This document shows, piece by piece, positions 38,783 through 52,351 of a stretch of 64,000 bases of DNA. The stretch lies in contig NC_092672.1 in assembly GCF_964355755.1 (NCBI RefSeq), positions 12,834,001-12,898,000 of the forward strand. The letters run 5' to 3'. The notes beneath the pieces are model-generated. The model saw only the letters and a list, made by a program, of their open reading frames with translations. It had not been told where the DNA came from and did not search any database. A program made the position numbers and the translations under genes. The stretch comes from Antedon mediterranea. Lineage: Eukaryota; Animalia; Echinodermata. The first letter of the stretch is position 1; the number at the start of each line of letters is the position of its first letter.

Positions 38783-39439
38783 TTTAGGTGTACCGACTTG
38801 ATATAATCAATTATATTGTCTATTAAATCATGGTATAAATACAAATTTTAAATGTGCATAAGCCATTTCAATGCTTCGTTTGATGTAAGCAAAACTTAGT
38901 CCTTATTTAGATTATTTATTTAGCAATAATCTAATTTGTTTGACCTTTGCTTCTTTGTGACATTTAACTTCACAAATGTAATAACACAGACACAGTACAA
39001 CTGAGTTTGTTTGGTAATTAAGTACAGTACTGTACAATTATTAAGAAACAAGGATTATATTTATTATGATCAGTAAAACCTTTATTAATTTAAAAAAAAA
39101 TTATGACAGGCTTCAAAATTGTACATGCAATTTTACATGTACATGTAATTAACAATCTTGGTTGATGTAATCTTCATTAAAACTCATCTTCAACTGCTCA
39201 GCTGAAGAAGATCTACACAAGGACCACAAATCAATATTATAAGCAAGAGTCACAACATTCTTTTTTTTTTCTGAACTTTAAATATCATTTTATACAGTAG
39301 GGTTAAAATGGTTTGTGCACATTGTTTTCTTATAATTTTAGTTTTATTATATAAGTATAGAAAGTGGAGTTTGGCACTTCTTCACTTTCTAAAACTTGAA
39401 AAACAAAAGTTGCCAAAAAAAAAAAAAAAATTTAAGTGT

Positions 39440-39685
39440 ACTGCAAATTACCCAGGTACAGGTATTAATGTACCGTATTACATTTTAGATGATGAAAATG
39501 GTTGGTTTTAGTATGTTAATGATTATGTACAAAATTATTCTGTACACATACAGTCAGTGAATTGCATTTTATATGATGATAATTGTTGGTTTTAGATTTA
39601 AATGATTATGTACAAGTTATACTGTACAGGTATTAATGTACCGTATTACATATTAGATGATGATGATTGTTTTTGTTGGTTTTAG
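39440..39685. repeat. Minisatellite of about 85 bp inside the CMC element, split by later insertions (continues at 54306-54394 and 55284-55670)
   Basis: The unit TTGGTTTTAG...AATGATTATGTACAA...CATTTTAGATGATGA occurs on both sides of the P element and of MITE copy 2. Confidence 0.88.
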
Positions 39686-40687
39686 CATGGAGGTATAAAA
39701 AAGAAGGAGATTCAACTAGCTAATAGAGATTAAAATGCTGTGTGCTATATGAACTATGACTGACTTCCTCGGACGCTGATTGGCTCGCTTAAATGAGTTC
39801 AAAAAAGCCGCCTTCCGCTCTTAGTGGAGTCTGTTAGGGATATTTTGGTTCACTTTTTTCCAAAAGCACCAAATTTGGTATACAGGTTACCCACCCTATA
39901 CTAATTCAATTTTTGATGGGCGCCAAGCGAAATGACCCCTTGGGTCACCTAATTTGCATAATTTAAAATGGCGGACAGTTTCGCTCAAACACTCTATATC
40001 TCTGAAAATACTGGTCACAGAGAGTTGATTTTAAGTTCAAAATGTTCAGAACATAAACATTCCTATTTGCTCTAATTAAGTTTTTTTTATAAAAATGACC
40101 GGAAGTACCATTTTTAACCTTTGACCCATTTTTTATGGCATTGCCATATCTCAATAACGAGTTGTCGTAGAGACTTTATTTTGGTGTCAAATTGTTCAGA
40201 ATATATATGTTACTATTTAGTTTAATGGAACATTTAATCAAAAAATGACCGGAAGTACGTAATTTTGCCTTTGACCTTTATGGTGTATATTACAATTGCT
40301 AACTAAATCAATGTTAACATATTTCTCGATATCTCTAAAATTACTTGTCATAGAGAGTTGATTTAGGTTTCAAAATGTTCATAGCATAAACATTTCTATT
40401 GGCTATAATGAAGATTTTTTTCAAATAATGATCAGAAATATTACATTTGACCTTTGACCTGTTTTTCAAGACATTACCATATCTCATTATTAAGTTGAGT
40501 GGAAATTTCATTTTGGTGTCAAATTGTTCAGAAAGTGTATGTTTCTATTCACTCTAAAAAAAAATTTGATCAAAAAACTTAACCAGAAATAATTCTTTTC
40601 ACCTTGAAGTTCAAACATGAAATTTATAACCACCTCGGTAAAGATTCTATTCTATAAAAATAGAACACTACCTTGAGTTTCAACATT

Positions 40688-43600
40688 TTAGGCATTATGA
40701 GATTCATAATTACTACATCCACCTTCACACTTGCACAAACTTGTACATCTGACACCAGCACGAAAACATTTACACCTCCCAGCGCAAGTCTTGAGGCAGC
40801 CGCAGTGCATAAGTACAGCACATGCCACAGAAGCGTCAGTAAGTGTGGTCCACAGTGGCTTCCAGTTGTTTGAGTCATCTCTCTGCCAGCCCAGTCAGGG
40901 ATGTTCTGATGAGCTATGATTGCTTTTACTCCAATAAAAACTTGCTTGCAGTAACGCTCTCTTTACATGCTGGAATAATGCAGCTTGAGTTGGTGGTAGT
41001 TTTTCTAACGATTTTCTGCCAGTTATAAACATGTGATGCCTAGCTTCATTAACCTTTGAAAAGCCACACCCTTTATTGTACATAAGAACAATAAATCGTT
41101 CGATATCTCTCATGTGTTCGGATTCAATATCAAATGACAAAGGATGGTTGATGAGTTCTACAAGTGTCTTTGTTATAGTGGATGTACTATTCCATGTTGA
41201 CCAGGCAGTTTTCTTACCAATCCCAAGAAACTGTGAAGTTGTGTCGCATCCAGTTAGACTGTGAAAAAGCGGTAATGCAACACATCTTGTTGGCCCAAGA
41301 TTTAAAAAGATGGTATGAACAGGAATATCACGATAATGCTTTCCTGTTCCAAAGCCAACCCAAAGTTCCTTGAATTTAAGGGTCTCAAAAAAGTGAATTG
41401 CCAGGATCACAACATCACTATCCACTGTACGAATATACGCTGTAAAATGACCTTCTTTTGCTGCATGTGACAGATGTAAGATAATCCTGGTGTCTGCCTC
41501 AGAATGGTTACATGACTGAAGAGATGATACATCACACTCTCTATTTGAAAGAACGGCATCAAAGCGATTACTTATAAGAAGTTTCCCACACATGTCATTT
41601 TGAACTATTTGTTCACTGATGAAGGGGAACAATTCCTTCTTGTTTTCTTCATTCTTTAGAAATCCATTCCAGTCTTGTTTTGGAATTTTTGTGTTTCCAT
41701 CACCAACTTTTGTTCGAGGACCATTTCCACGTCGCTGTTGCGTCAACAATTTAAGGTTGTTACATTCTGGGTAATTGTCCCATACTGCATCAATTCGTTG
41801 AGTATCTCTCTTTAATTGGGCCTTTAAGAATGGTATGATGTTGTACTTCACATACTCATTGAAAGTATTGACATTTGTGGGACGTACCATATGGACTACT
41901 GCTGCCATATCAAGAACCACAACTGATGTTTTTATAACATCAGGAGGTTGGCAGATGGTAGATTTATCAAGACACTGAAGAATGTCTGATTTCGTCCCAG
42001 ACCTAAGTAATCCTTGGTCCGCCAAGCTTGGTGGCTCTCTAAGATTTTCAAATTTAAAAAATTCAGCCAAGTCAGCATCTGGACGAGATTGGATGGACAG
42101 GAAAAGTTGCGTTACTAATGACATATTATGCTTTAGTATCCCCTTGTCATTATTGCCTTTTTTCTTGATGTTTGGTCGATTAGCAAAGGTTAAAATGTTA
42201 TTACGTTTGATCGTATCGGTAACTGGTACTGTTGCCTTTTCTAGTCGTTCAGTAACATACGTGTTATAAAGAGATTGGCCAGTTTCACGTATTTTGGAGA
42301 GGGATCTGACAACTGCACTTTCCATGACACTGTGAGTATCAAGTGCATAGAGTTCGTGACTTGTTTCACAGAACGGATTGTTGAGCTCTTCCACCACCTT
42401 AACAAACGAAATTACATCATTTCGAAACATTACTTGAAAGCTGTGTCCTTCCTCATGATGAGCATTGGAAACTGATGAACTGATGTCTGTTTCGAACTCC
42501 TTAACAATCCGTGAACAGTCTGGTCCAGTCAACATAAACAGGGTAAGATTGTCAGGGTTCTCGTAAAGACCAACTGCTCCACCATGTTCCTGAAGTCTTC
42601 TGTTTGACTGTTCATGAGATTGGTCCTTGGCAATGAGGCTAAACTTTTTTGCTGATTTTTGCACAACAAAGTTTCCCTTCATAAACTCTGCATAAATGGC
42701 CGGGTGAGTATCTGGTAAAGTAACCATGTCACGTACATGAACTGGAAGCCAACGAGCATAGTTCACATGGTCAAGGACATGGAACCAACCACAGAGTTCA
42801 TCACAAGATTGAACATATAACTCAAAATTTCCCTCTCGAAGAGAACGTATAAAGCGGGCCATCATTAGTTCTAGATCCATTATCATCGACCAAAATTGAA
42901 ATTGAGGCACAGAATCTGAATTTCGACGATTCCACATTTCGAATGGCTCAGTTGGGCCCACTACACCGGTGCTGTATTTTGTGTATGCAGTTTGTTTCAG
43001 AAGGTAAAGTGACATTAGTGTTACTTGATGTGCATACCTAGTACGTTTGATTTTATGTTCATTGAGCACAGATTCTGCACGCCCAGATGTTAAAACTTCT
43101 GCCTGAGAAAGGACCGTTGCCCATCCTGAATCGCGGAGCAGCTTTCCTATCATAAGATGCATCTTGTCTTCAATGTGCAATGCACCCATCATAGCAACCA
43201 ACTTGCTTTCTCCTAAAGTATCAGGATATTGCCACTGAATTCGTTTTATGATCGCATACAGTGGCTGATCAGCACCAAGTACAGATGTCTGACCCTGGTT
43301 TATAAACTTGGTACTTTTCATTGTCAATTCCATTGCGTGTTTCATTGAAGATGCACACGCAGCCTTATTTGGAAAGAGAGGGTATATACCGATCTCGGCA
43401 GGTGGTTTTACCGATTCTTCACTTGCCATCCTTGAATTATATCCCGACCAAGTGATAGTATCAGAATTTGTAAGTGTTTCCTTCTTTAAAACACCCATGG
43501 TATGTGCCATCCAAACTTCATCTTTAACTTTAGCACCGTGTAAATTGTGTTGAGGTCTGCATCTTCTACTATCATCATATAATGGTGCAAATACATTTGC

Positions 43601-45346
43601 ATTTGTGAGATGAATTGGAGTATGTATTACATAGTCATCTGGTAGTTGAGGTTTCTTTGTGTCTATTGGATTGATACATATAGGTGGACGTTTCTTTCCT
43701 TGATTGTCATGAGAAAGATGGTTCGTAACACTGAGGGCATATCCATGAAACTCATCTTGTGAGAAGTTTCCTTGTGCTTTGCTATCTATATTATCTACAT
43801 CGTGTGTGGTGAATACATTGAGACGAATGTTGGTAGGCAAAACTACCCCATCCTGAAAAAAAGTTAATGATTAATGTTTAAAAGCGGCCTAGTAATTACA
43901 TTATACAGTATTGGATTTATTATACATTAAAAACATACATATAAAACATACATATAAAACACTGATAGAATTTACCTTAGCATGGCGAGCACAAACGGCA
44001 CGTGCAATGTCTTTCTTCACTTCCATTATGCGACTATATGATACTGAAAGACCATGTGCATGATCAATATCGATCTGCTTTCTGTTTCTTCCTTGACCGT
44101 GTAGTTTAAGTCCGTGATATAAAGGAAAGGGCGTTTCTCTTTCCTTATTGTGTCGTATTTCAGCAACTTTGCATACGTGATGCGTACCTTTGCTAGCATT
44201 AAATATTAATAACTGCGAAATATTGCGTGCAATCTTCTGCCTTTTATTTACATTTACTCCATCCTCGTTTCTTTGAAGAGGATCTGGGCCCTGAAGTACT
44301 ATATTGAGAAAACTCATCAGCTCTTCACTTACAGCAACTGTTTGGCAATCAGAAGAGAAGGAGCCATTGAAGGGCGGCTGGTCCCGCAAACAAAGATTGT
44401 GCATTATTACAGCAGCCCTCATCAACGTTAAAGCATCTTCTTGACATAACTGTGACTTAAATGCTTTTTTAAGTTCCTCCACTACTTTTGAATTATTAGA
44501 TATGAAGATATCTTTTCTACCATATTTTTGTGTAGAGAATTCTTTCCATTCAGGAAGAAAGCTGAGAAGGTGGTCTTTAAATCTGGTTGCATGTGGATCC
44601 TTTTTATTTCGACATGGGTGTCCATTATCACACATTAGCTTCTGATAAATTTCACGCAGCTCTGAAAGCTTAAATACTGTACTTTTTGCATTTTCGATCA
44701 TGGTTACAATTTGAGCACATATTATAGAATCAAATGGTAAAATTATTGCAGGTGAAACATCTTTCGATCGCTCAGTAGACCGGGCAGAATCTCTTAATTG
44801 TGTATAACACTGACGATGGTAATAAAAATCAGCTGCATGGGCGTCAGAAGCTACAGTTAGTCTACCAAGCAACTGGAAATTTTTATTAATTTTTGCCCAA
44901 CACTTTAGATTAACATCAACAGCATCTGTTTCCACCTTATGAAGGTTGGTTGGAGATTTCTCCTCGCAGATTACACAGCATATTCCTACAGTCAAATAAT
45001 CTGATGATCGAAGTTTCTTTGGACTACTATGTGTTGTAATACTAGCGTCATTGTTTAGCTTGCTACTTGCCCGCTTGACACGTGAGCTGCTAACAAAGCT
45101 TCTGCACATTTTATGATACTTTGCTTTATGTATTTTTAAAGTTTCTGCAATACCTGACCCATCATCTAACTGACTAAGTGTCACATTGATACCAGCAGGA
45201 AATGTATTTGGGTTTATCTGACTTAAATTGTTTATATCTTTCTCTAGTGATAACATTCCATTTTCAGTCGGTGTTTGTAAAGGTTGTTTATTTTTTTGTT
45301 GACAAAGGCAACAGAGATCCCAATTCAAATTGTTGGTAGAAGACAT
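40688..45346 (-). pseudogene. Academ transposase with XPG/PIN-like nuclease and Cys-rich tail; exons 45346-43976 and 43852-40688
   Basis: DNID, FHG, DQPLYA, GALHIE, NYARW, DQSHEQ, HSEADTRIILH, DSDV, GCDTTS, LPPT..AL..HVKRA. A premature TGA at 40895-40897 separates the tail CGCLKTCAGRCKC...CTSLCKCEGGC. Confidence 0.9.
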
Positions 45347-46305
45347 TATTAATATTTATTATCCTATAGTTAAGGTGTAAAAATCCTAGGAAAAAAAATA
45401 CAAAGTTGTTATCAACATGATTTTAAGAAAGCAAAAATTGTGTATACTGCCTTTCGCCTAGGCTAGGCTAGGCCCAAGCTAGGTGTTCTACCATCTATAG
45501 AAGTATACGCACCTAGGCCTTTGAGTTTGAAATATATTATTTGCAAAGTATAATTAATGTCTATCTACTAAAGATGAGTATTCTTTGTCTATACAATGTC
45601 TATCATTTGCATGTATTAATATGTACTCACAACTAAATAGGACAATCTATTTAACTTCATTCAGTGCAGTAACCATTGTAACTATGCAAGTAGCCATCTT
45701 TGACATGTGCTCAAAAGTTTTAGATTATATGTTGATAGAGGGCGTAGTTCAGTCAAAATAATATAATTATGGCTTACCTGAGAGCTACTTCCGGCCATTT
45801 TTTGGCAAAATCTTTCATTATACAGAATAGAAACATACTGTACACTTTCTGAACAATTTGACACCAAAATGAAATTTCCACGGCAACGCAATAATGAGAT
45901 ACGGTAATGTCAGGAAAAACAGGTCAAAGGTCAAATGTAATATTTCTGATCATTATTTGAAAAAAACCTTCATTATAACCAATAGAAATGTTTATGCTAT
46001 GAACATTTTGAAACCTAAATCAACTCTCTATGACAAGTAATTTTAGAGATACAGAGAAATATGTTAACATTGATTCAGTTAGCAATTGTAATATACACCA
46101 TAAAGGTCAAAGGCAAAATTACGTACTTCCGGTCATTTTGTGATTAAATGTTCCATTAAACTAAATAGTAACATATATATTCTGAACAATTTGACACCAA
46201 AATAAATTTTCTACGACAATTCATTATTGAGATATGGCAATGCCATAAAAAATGGGTCAAAGGTTAAAAATGGTACTTCCGGTCATTTTTATAAAAAAAA
46301 CTTAA

Positions 46306-47536
46306 CCCATTGACCCCTAAGTTTATTTTGCTCCCCTGGGACCCAAAAAGCATATGTCATATAATTAACCCTAACTTTTTTTCTAAACACAGACATTAAA
46401 AAAATTAAAAAACAAAAATAATGCAAAGGACATTTTATTTCCAAATATGTTTTCAAATTTGTGTTACAACTTATTTTGGCGGAGTATGGATTATGCAAAT
46501 TTTAGAAATATTTTAGGAAAATTATTAAAAATTTGTAATTTATCTTTGACTACCAAATGCACAAAAATTAATAAATATTTCATAATAAAACTCATCTCTT
46601 CATCAGAACCTATTTCTTCTCTTCAAAATAAGACCAAACTTGACCATTATGAATGACCGGTTTCGAAATTATGAAGAAATTAGTAGACTGACTCATCCGA
46701 CGATGACCATATGGGGCCTAGGCCTATCGGGAGCCGCCCCGAGAGCGTCCTCGCCGCTGTTTGTTCACCGGGAATGTTAAAAAAAACATCCCGAAAGCGA
46801 CTTGGAATTCGCGATTCCCACGCGCACCGGCATCCCTCGGGAGCTTAGTCCGCTGTTTTAGACGTGTAGCTTGCAGAAAATTTGACGAAAATGCGTCGAA
46901 AACTTATGAAATTAAAACAAGTTTGGTATCAAAATGTTTGTCAAAAGTTATGCTTCAATAAACTGACCTTTGCGCAGAGTTTGAACAAATATTTCATGCC
47001 CATAATGCATCTGACATGTCAGGGTTCATATTACAATCAAAGGTAAACAATATGGCGCGGCCCTTGTGAGGACATCTTCACGACTTTTCTCCGGTAGAAA
47101 AATCACATTTTTACATGGAAATATGACGATTTAGACACTGTAACTGATACATAATCTTTATTTATTATACATTTATTGTATACAAGCTTCAAAATAGTGA
47201 TTATTAGAAATAAAGATGGATTTTAGACGATTTTACGTTGTATGTCTAGGCCTAGATTCATTCAACGCGCCTGTCGCGTTTCGAACAGCGTGCTTCGAAA
47301 AACGGTTATATTTTCGAATTTTATTTTCAAACTAACTTCAACAATTGTTTTTATATATTTAGAAGCATATTTTTAAAAAAAAAGTTGTGAGTATTTTGTA
47401 TAATTATTTGTTACGATTCATGCACAGCAAACTGCGCATGTAAATTCGATTTACTTTTTTTTTGTTGAAAATTTGTTTACAATGACCTTGACTTTTAACC
47501 TTTTGAGCGCTTTAAGCGCTTATCGTGGTGAATCGG
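46306..47536. mobile_element. Non-autonomous piggyBac-type element inserted in the Academ TIR
   Basis: TTAA on both sides; imperfect TIRs CCCATTGACCCC / GTGGTGAATCGG. The opposite Academ TIR shows the empty site with a single TTAA. Confidence 0.88.
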
Positions 47537-48820
47537 TTAATTAGAGCAAATAGGAATGTTTATGTTCTGAACATTTTGAACTTAAAATCAACTCTCTGTG
47601 ACCAGTATTTTCAGAGATATAGAGTGTTTGAGCGAAACTGTCCGCCATTTTAAATTATGCAAATTAGGTGACCCAAGGGGTCATTTCGCTTGGCGCCCAT
47701 CAAAAATTGAATTAGTTTAGGGTGGGCAACCTGTATACCAAATTTGGTGCTTTTGGAAAAAAGTGAACCAAACACCCATATTTCATCCCTAACAGACTCC
47801 ACTATCTGCCACGCGGGACGTCGCCTTTCATCGTTGTCAGTGCAGCCGGTCGTTCATACGCTTGTTACAAGGCCCCTTAGCATTTAAGTCGCCCCGAACA
47901 TGTATTTTAAACACTTTTTTGGTTGTATTTGCTTCTAGAGAGGGCTTGTGGGGTCAGAGTTTAACTTATCCGAAACCATATTGAATTTAGAAAGCCATTA
48001 CATTTTATTAGAAGAAAATCGAGTAATATTTACCAAAATAACCGTAAGTTTAAGATTTTATGGTTTTTATATTATATATCGATAACACGATAACGTCGGA
48101 AAATGATTTTTTTTAGTAAATATTATTTAATAATTTAGGTGTCAAACCGTGAAAATCCCGACCGTGTACACGCGTGTATATTTTCTCTACATGCATTGCA
48201 ACATAGGGCTTTTTTCTCGGCGAGTCGCTTGTTGGTTCATCAAGTGTGACGTAATCAACGGGTTAGGAAGATAATGCTGGGGCTAGGCCTAGAGTATCCT
48301 TCTTGTTTGATATTATGATTCGTGAACCTATTCAACATTGTTATTAATATAATTTATAGTTATAGGCTAATTTATATTATAATTTTAATACAATGGTGAA
48401 CACATTTTAGTAAGACAGAGTAGGCTAAGTAAAGTAAAGTAAGGCTACTAGTACTACTAAACTAGCTAGCTAGGCCTCTACACTACTAAGTCTAGGCCTA
48501 GACTACAGTACAACTAGTTGGTTAATATGGTTTGTTTTTGTCAGATAATTTTTAATTAATTTAATTTTAGTAGTTTTTAACCTACCATAGGCCAAAATTA
48601 AATCTGGTAAACTGCAAGTTACATAAGAATTTTAAGATATTTAAATGTCATAAATGTCTTGCAAACATTGAATTGGTAACCAAAATATACAGAATAATTA
48701 ATGGTAATACCAGGTAATTTAACTTTATTTTACAATATTAGCAATAAGTACATTTTTTTTAAATGCCAATGATTTTTTTTATAATTTCTAAATTAATTTA
48801 ATTTCAGGAAATTGTAGAAA

Positions 48821-51800
48821 ATGGAACGGCACAAATGTTGCCTCCAGGATCTCTGTAGATTATGTGGTAAAAAAAACTGCTCTAAAATAAATCTATTGAA
48901 ATCCAAGTTGTGCTATGCAAGAGATATCAACCTTTCATTAGGAGTTGATGTGTTGCAAGATGTAGATGGCATCCATCCCAACTTCATCTGCAACTGCTGT
49001 AAGATGAAATTACATCGTTGGCGGACTTTCCGCAATAAGAAAAAAGACAAAGAAATATCAATTCATCTTTTGCCATTTGCTGAACATTCCGATGATAATT
49101 GTTCTGTATGTGCATTTTCTGTTCCATTGATCAATCTCAACAAAATTCTAGCAATTGGGAAGAATCTTGGCTTTGTAGCACAACTTGGAACCGACAAAGT
49201 CACATTCATTAAGATAATTAATGATCTTCCTATTGTTTGTGTGCATATTTATGCCACATGCTCATGGAAAGTAAATGTTTTGTTGAAGGATTCTACAAAT
49301 AGATGTGCAAAATTTCCTGAAATTCTGACAGAAGATAATGCAGAATGTTTATTGACATGGATATGGAAATCTGCAATTTGCTGTGGAAACACTGAGTTCA
49401 TCCAACTTTGTCGCAAGCAATCACCATCAAACCTAGCAGTGTTTAATAGTATTTCTGGATCAACAGTGGCAATGGAAGAGGACACAAATGGTGAAAGAAC
49501 AATAAGGCACGTGAACTGCTGTATATTTGTTGAGGGAAATCGCTGTGAAGTATGCACAATGTATAGAACAACGTTAATGTCTAAAAGGTCAAGAATTAAT
49601 GATCAAAAAGCAGTAGACATTAGTTCTCATGCACGAAATGATCAGTTAAACAATGATCAGTTAAGGAAAAAGTTGATGTTGGTGTCAAATGACAGGAAAA
49701 ACTTACAGAAAATGGTTAAAGACCTTAAAGAAAAAGTAAGGAAGTCATTTGAAGATGATTCTAGTCCATTGCAAGAAACAATGTCTGAAGCTCTAAAGAC
49801 AATAATGACAACACATACAGAAACTGTGTCAGAACAATTTAAGGAAGGTTCTCCACAAAGACTACTATGGGATGAACAAGTGGCTGCCAATAAATCATCT
49901 GCAACAGGTCGTCGTTGGCACCCAGCAATAATTCGTTTTTGCTTAGCGTTGCACATGAAGTCTACTGCAGCTTACCGTATTATTAGGAACTCTGGTTACT
50001 TGACATTGCCACATGAAAATACCCTAAGGAACTACACACATTTTACTGATGCAAAGTCTGGTTTTAATCCTGATGTTATCCTGCGGATAAAGCATGATAT
50101 ACATTTTGATGCGTTACCTAATTTTAGGAAAATTGTTTCATTAAGTTTTGATGAAATGAAGATAAACGCAGGTCTTGTGTATTCTAGCAAATCGGGTAAT
50201 CTTGTTGGATTCTCCAGTATGGGATCAATGAACGAAGCCATGGACAATTTTGCAAGAGAGTTGGACTTGGACAAAAATAAACAACCAAAGGAAGCATCAC
50301 ACATGTTGTCTCTGATGGTTCGGGGCATGTTTATGCCTTTACATGAAACATTCGCACATTTCCCCACTCATGGCTGCAAGAGTTACAATTTATATTGGAT
50401 CATATGGAAAGCTGTGACTTGGCTAGAGTATGCAGGATTCAGAGTTTGTGCTTTCGTATGTGATGGTGCAAGTCCAAATCGAAAATTTTACAGACAGCAT
50501 GGAACATCTGTTTCTTCAGAAGTTGTCTTTTCAACCATTAGTCCATATACGAAAAGGAATATCTATTTCATTTGCGACACTCCACACTTGTTAAAGACTA
50601 CAAGAAATAATCTCGAAAACTCTGGATTTAACTCAAAATCAAGAAACTTGCATGTGAGTTATACATTTTAATATTTTTTTTTCATACCAGTTTTTACTAG
50701 TGAAAACACAATTCCGCCCCCCCCCCCCCCCCCAACTTTATGCTACAGTGGCAAGCTCTTCATTTTTTTTCCTCTTTTTTTTTGCAGTTTAATCATCAAG
50801 ATCTAAAGTGGAATCAGTTGCTCACCTTGGTAGAAGAAGATATTGGATGTGGTAGTGGCCTAAGAAAACTCCACAAAATACGCCACGAACATTTATACCT
50901 TACGCCAAGCTTAAGGATGAAAGTTAAACTAGCTGTCCAGGTAATTTTAGTTTGTTTGTTTAGTTTTTAGTAATCTGAGACCCAATGTAAATTTAAATTG
51001 ACTTCTTTCTTGTTGTCTAGGCAAATACATTTTTTAAAGTTTTTATCATTCTCCATTTATCTTAGATCCTTAGCAGCAGTGTTGCCCATGCGTTGGAAAT
51101 TCAAGGCAGACATGACACAAAAAGTCTAATCCACTTCATAAAGTACATGAACAAGTTTTTTGATTGTCTTAATGTTAGTCGTGTTGAGAGACGAAGAAAC
51201 AACATAAATGAGAACCTGTTAGAATACAGAAGTGTGGATGATTCAAGATTAAAGGTACAGATTTGTTTTTCAAATTATTAAAGAATTTCATATAAATTAT
51301 CCTAATACACCTATAGTCAACCAAACATGAAGATCGGTTTACCCATGGAGTTATATTTTTATACCGCCATGATTTAACTGAAAAGTTCAGCCAAGATTTA
51401 TACTTACCCCAGTGAATTTGGGGTATACACCTAAGTGTATCCTTGCCATTTGATTGGTTGATAAGGTATCATGCGACATGCATTTTTTCAATCCATCCTT
51501 GCATTCAGGTAGTATATTGAATATTTTATTCATGGAATGGGCTAGCCCATCTTTCAATGGTTACTCATGAAATCATTTTTACTGGCTTTTAGTGGCTTGT
51601 AGACGATTTCCTCGGCTTTCTTAATACATGGGAGAATCAATGTTTGGAAACACCAAATACAACAGCAGCAGAAAAGAAAAGGATGTGCCTAAGTCGTGAA
51701 ACACTTGACGGACTAAGAATAACAGGTTATTTTTTTTCTTTTCATTTATGTTTAGCTATAGATTGTTTGATAGATCATAGGTTGCAAAAGCACAATCTAA

Positions 51801-52272
51801 TAAGTTCTTTATCTTTCAGTGTATTAAAAAGTAAATATAAACCAGGGCTTGCGACCCCTGTCTTCTAGCCTGGCACGTCATCAAATCCTGTTATTCCTAA
51901 TGATTGTATTGTTAAAAACTATATTAAATCAAATGTTAATACAATTAATGTTTATTGTGTTCCTCTACAGTTAACTCTTTTGTGAAACTTACAAAGGAAT
52001 TGCTTGCTACTGATGGTGTGGACTATGTGTTGAGTGAAAAACTAAACCAAGATCCTCTTGAGGAATACTTTAGCAAACAGAGAGGATGTGGAGGAAGAAA
52101 TGAAAACCCAACAGTTCATCAATTCCAACATAATGCATTGACACTACAAGTTGCAGGAGCCAGAAGTGTAACTGGTTCAATCCACTCCAACACCAGGAAG
52201 TCTGGATTTAGCATAGACAGTACCCCATTCCCAAAAAGAACGAAAACCATAAATAATAAAGTAGAAATATAA
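48821..52272 (+). CDS. P-element/THAP9-family transposase, 5 exons (48821-50653, 50788-50940, 51066-51254, 51593-51725, 51971-52272), 869 aa; RAG1-N/Chapa-like Zn module instead of THAP
   Basis: All junctions are GT-AG and in frame, with no stops. Motifs RWHP..IRFCL, LSFDEMKI, CDGASPN, CDTPHLLK..RNN, RMKVKLAVQ, FFDCLN, NQDPLEEYFSKQR..GG.NENP. Confidence 0.93.
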
Positions 52273-52351
52273 TAATAATTTCATGAACACCTTTTATGTA
52301 TTTACTGAACTGTATAGAAAATATTTATATTGTGAATAAATTGGAAATTCT

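Larger units (their letters stand above)
39822..47804 (-). mobile_element. Academ DNA transposon nested in the P element
   Basis: TAG...CTA termini (TAGTGGAGTCTGTTAGGGAT), 3-bp TSD TCT, TIRs of about 700 bp (39822-40545 versus 45840-46305 plus 47537-47804) and an Academ-type ORF. Confidence 0.92.
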
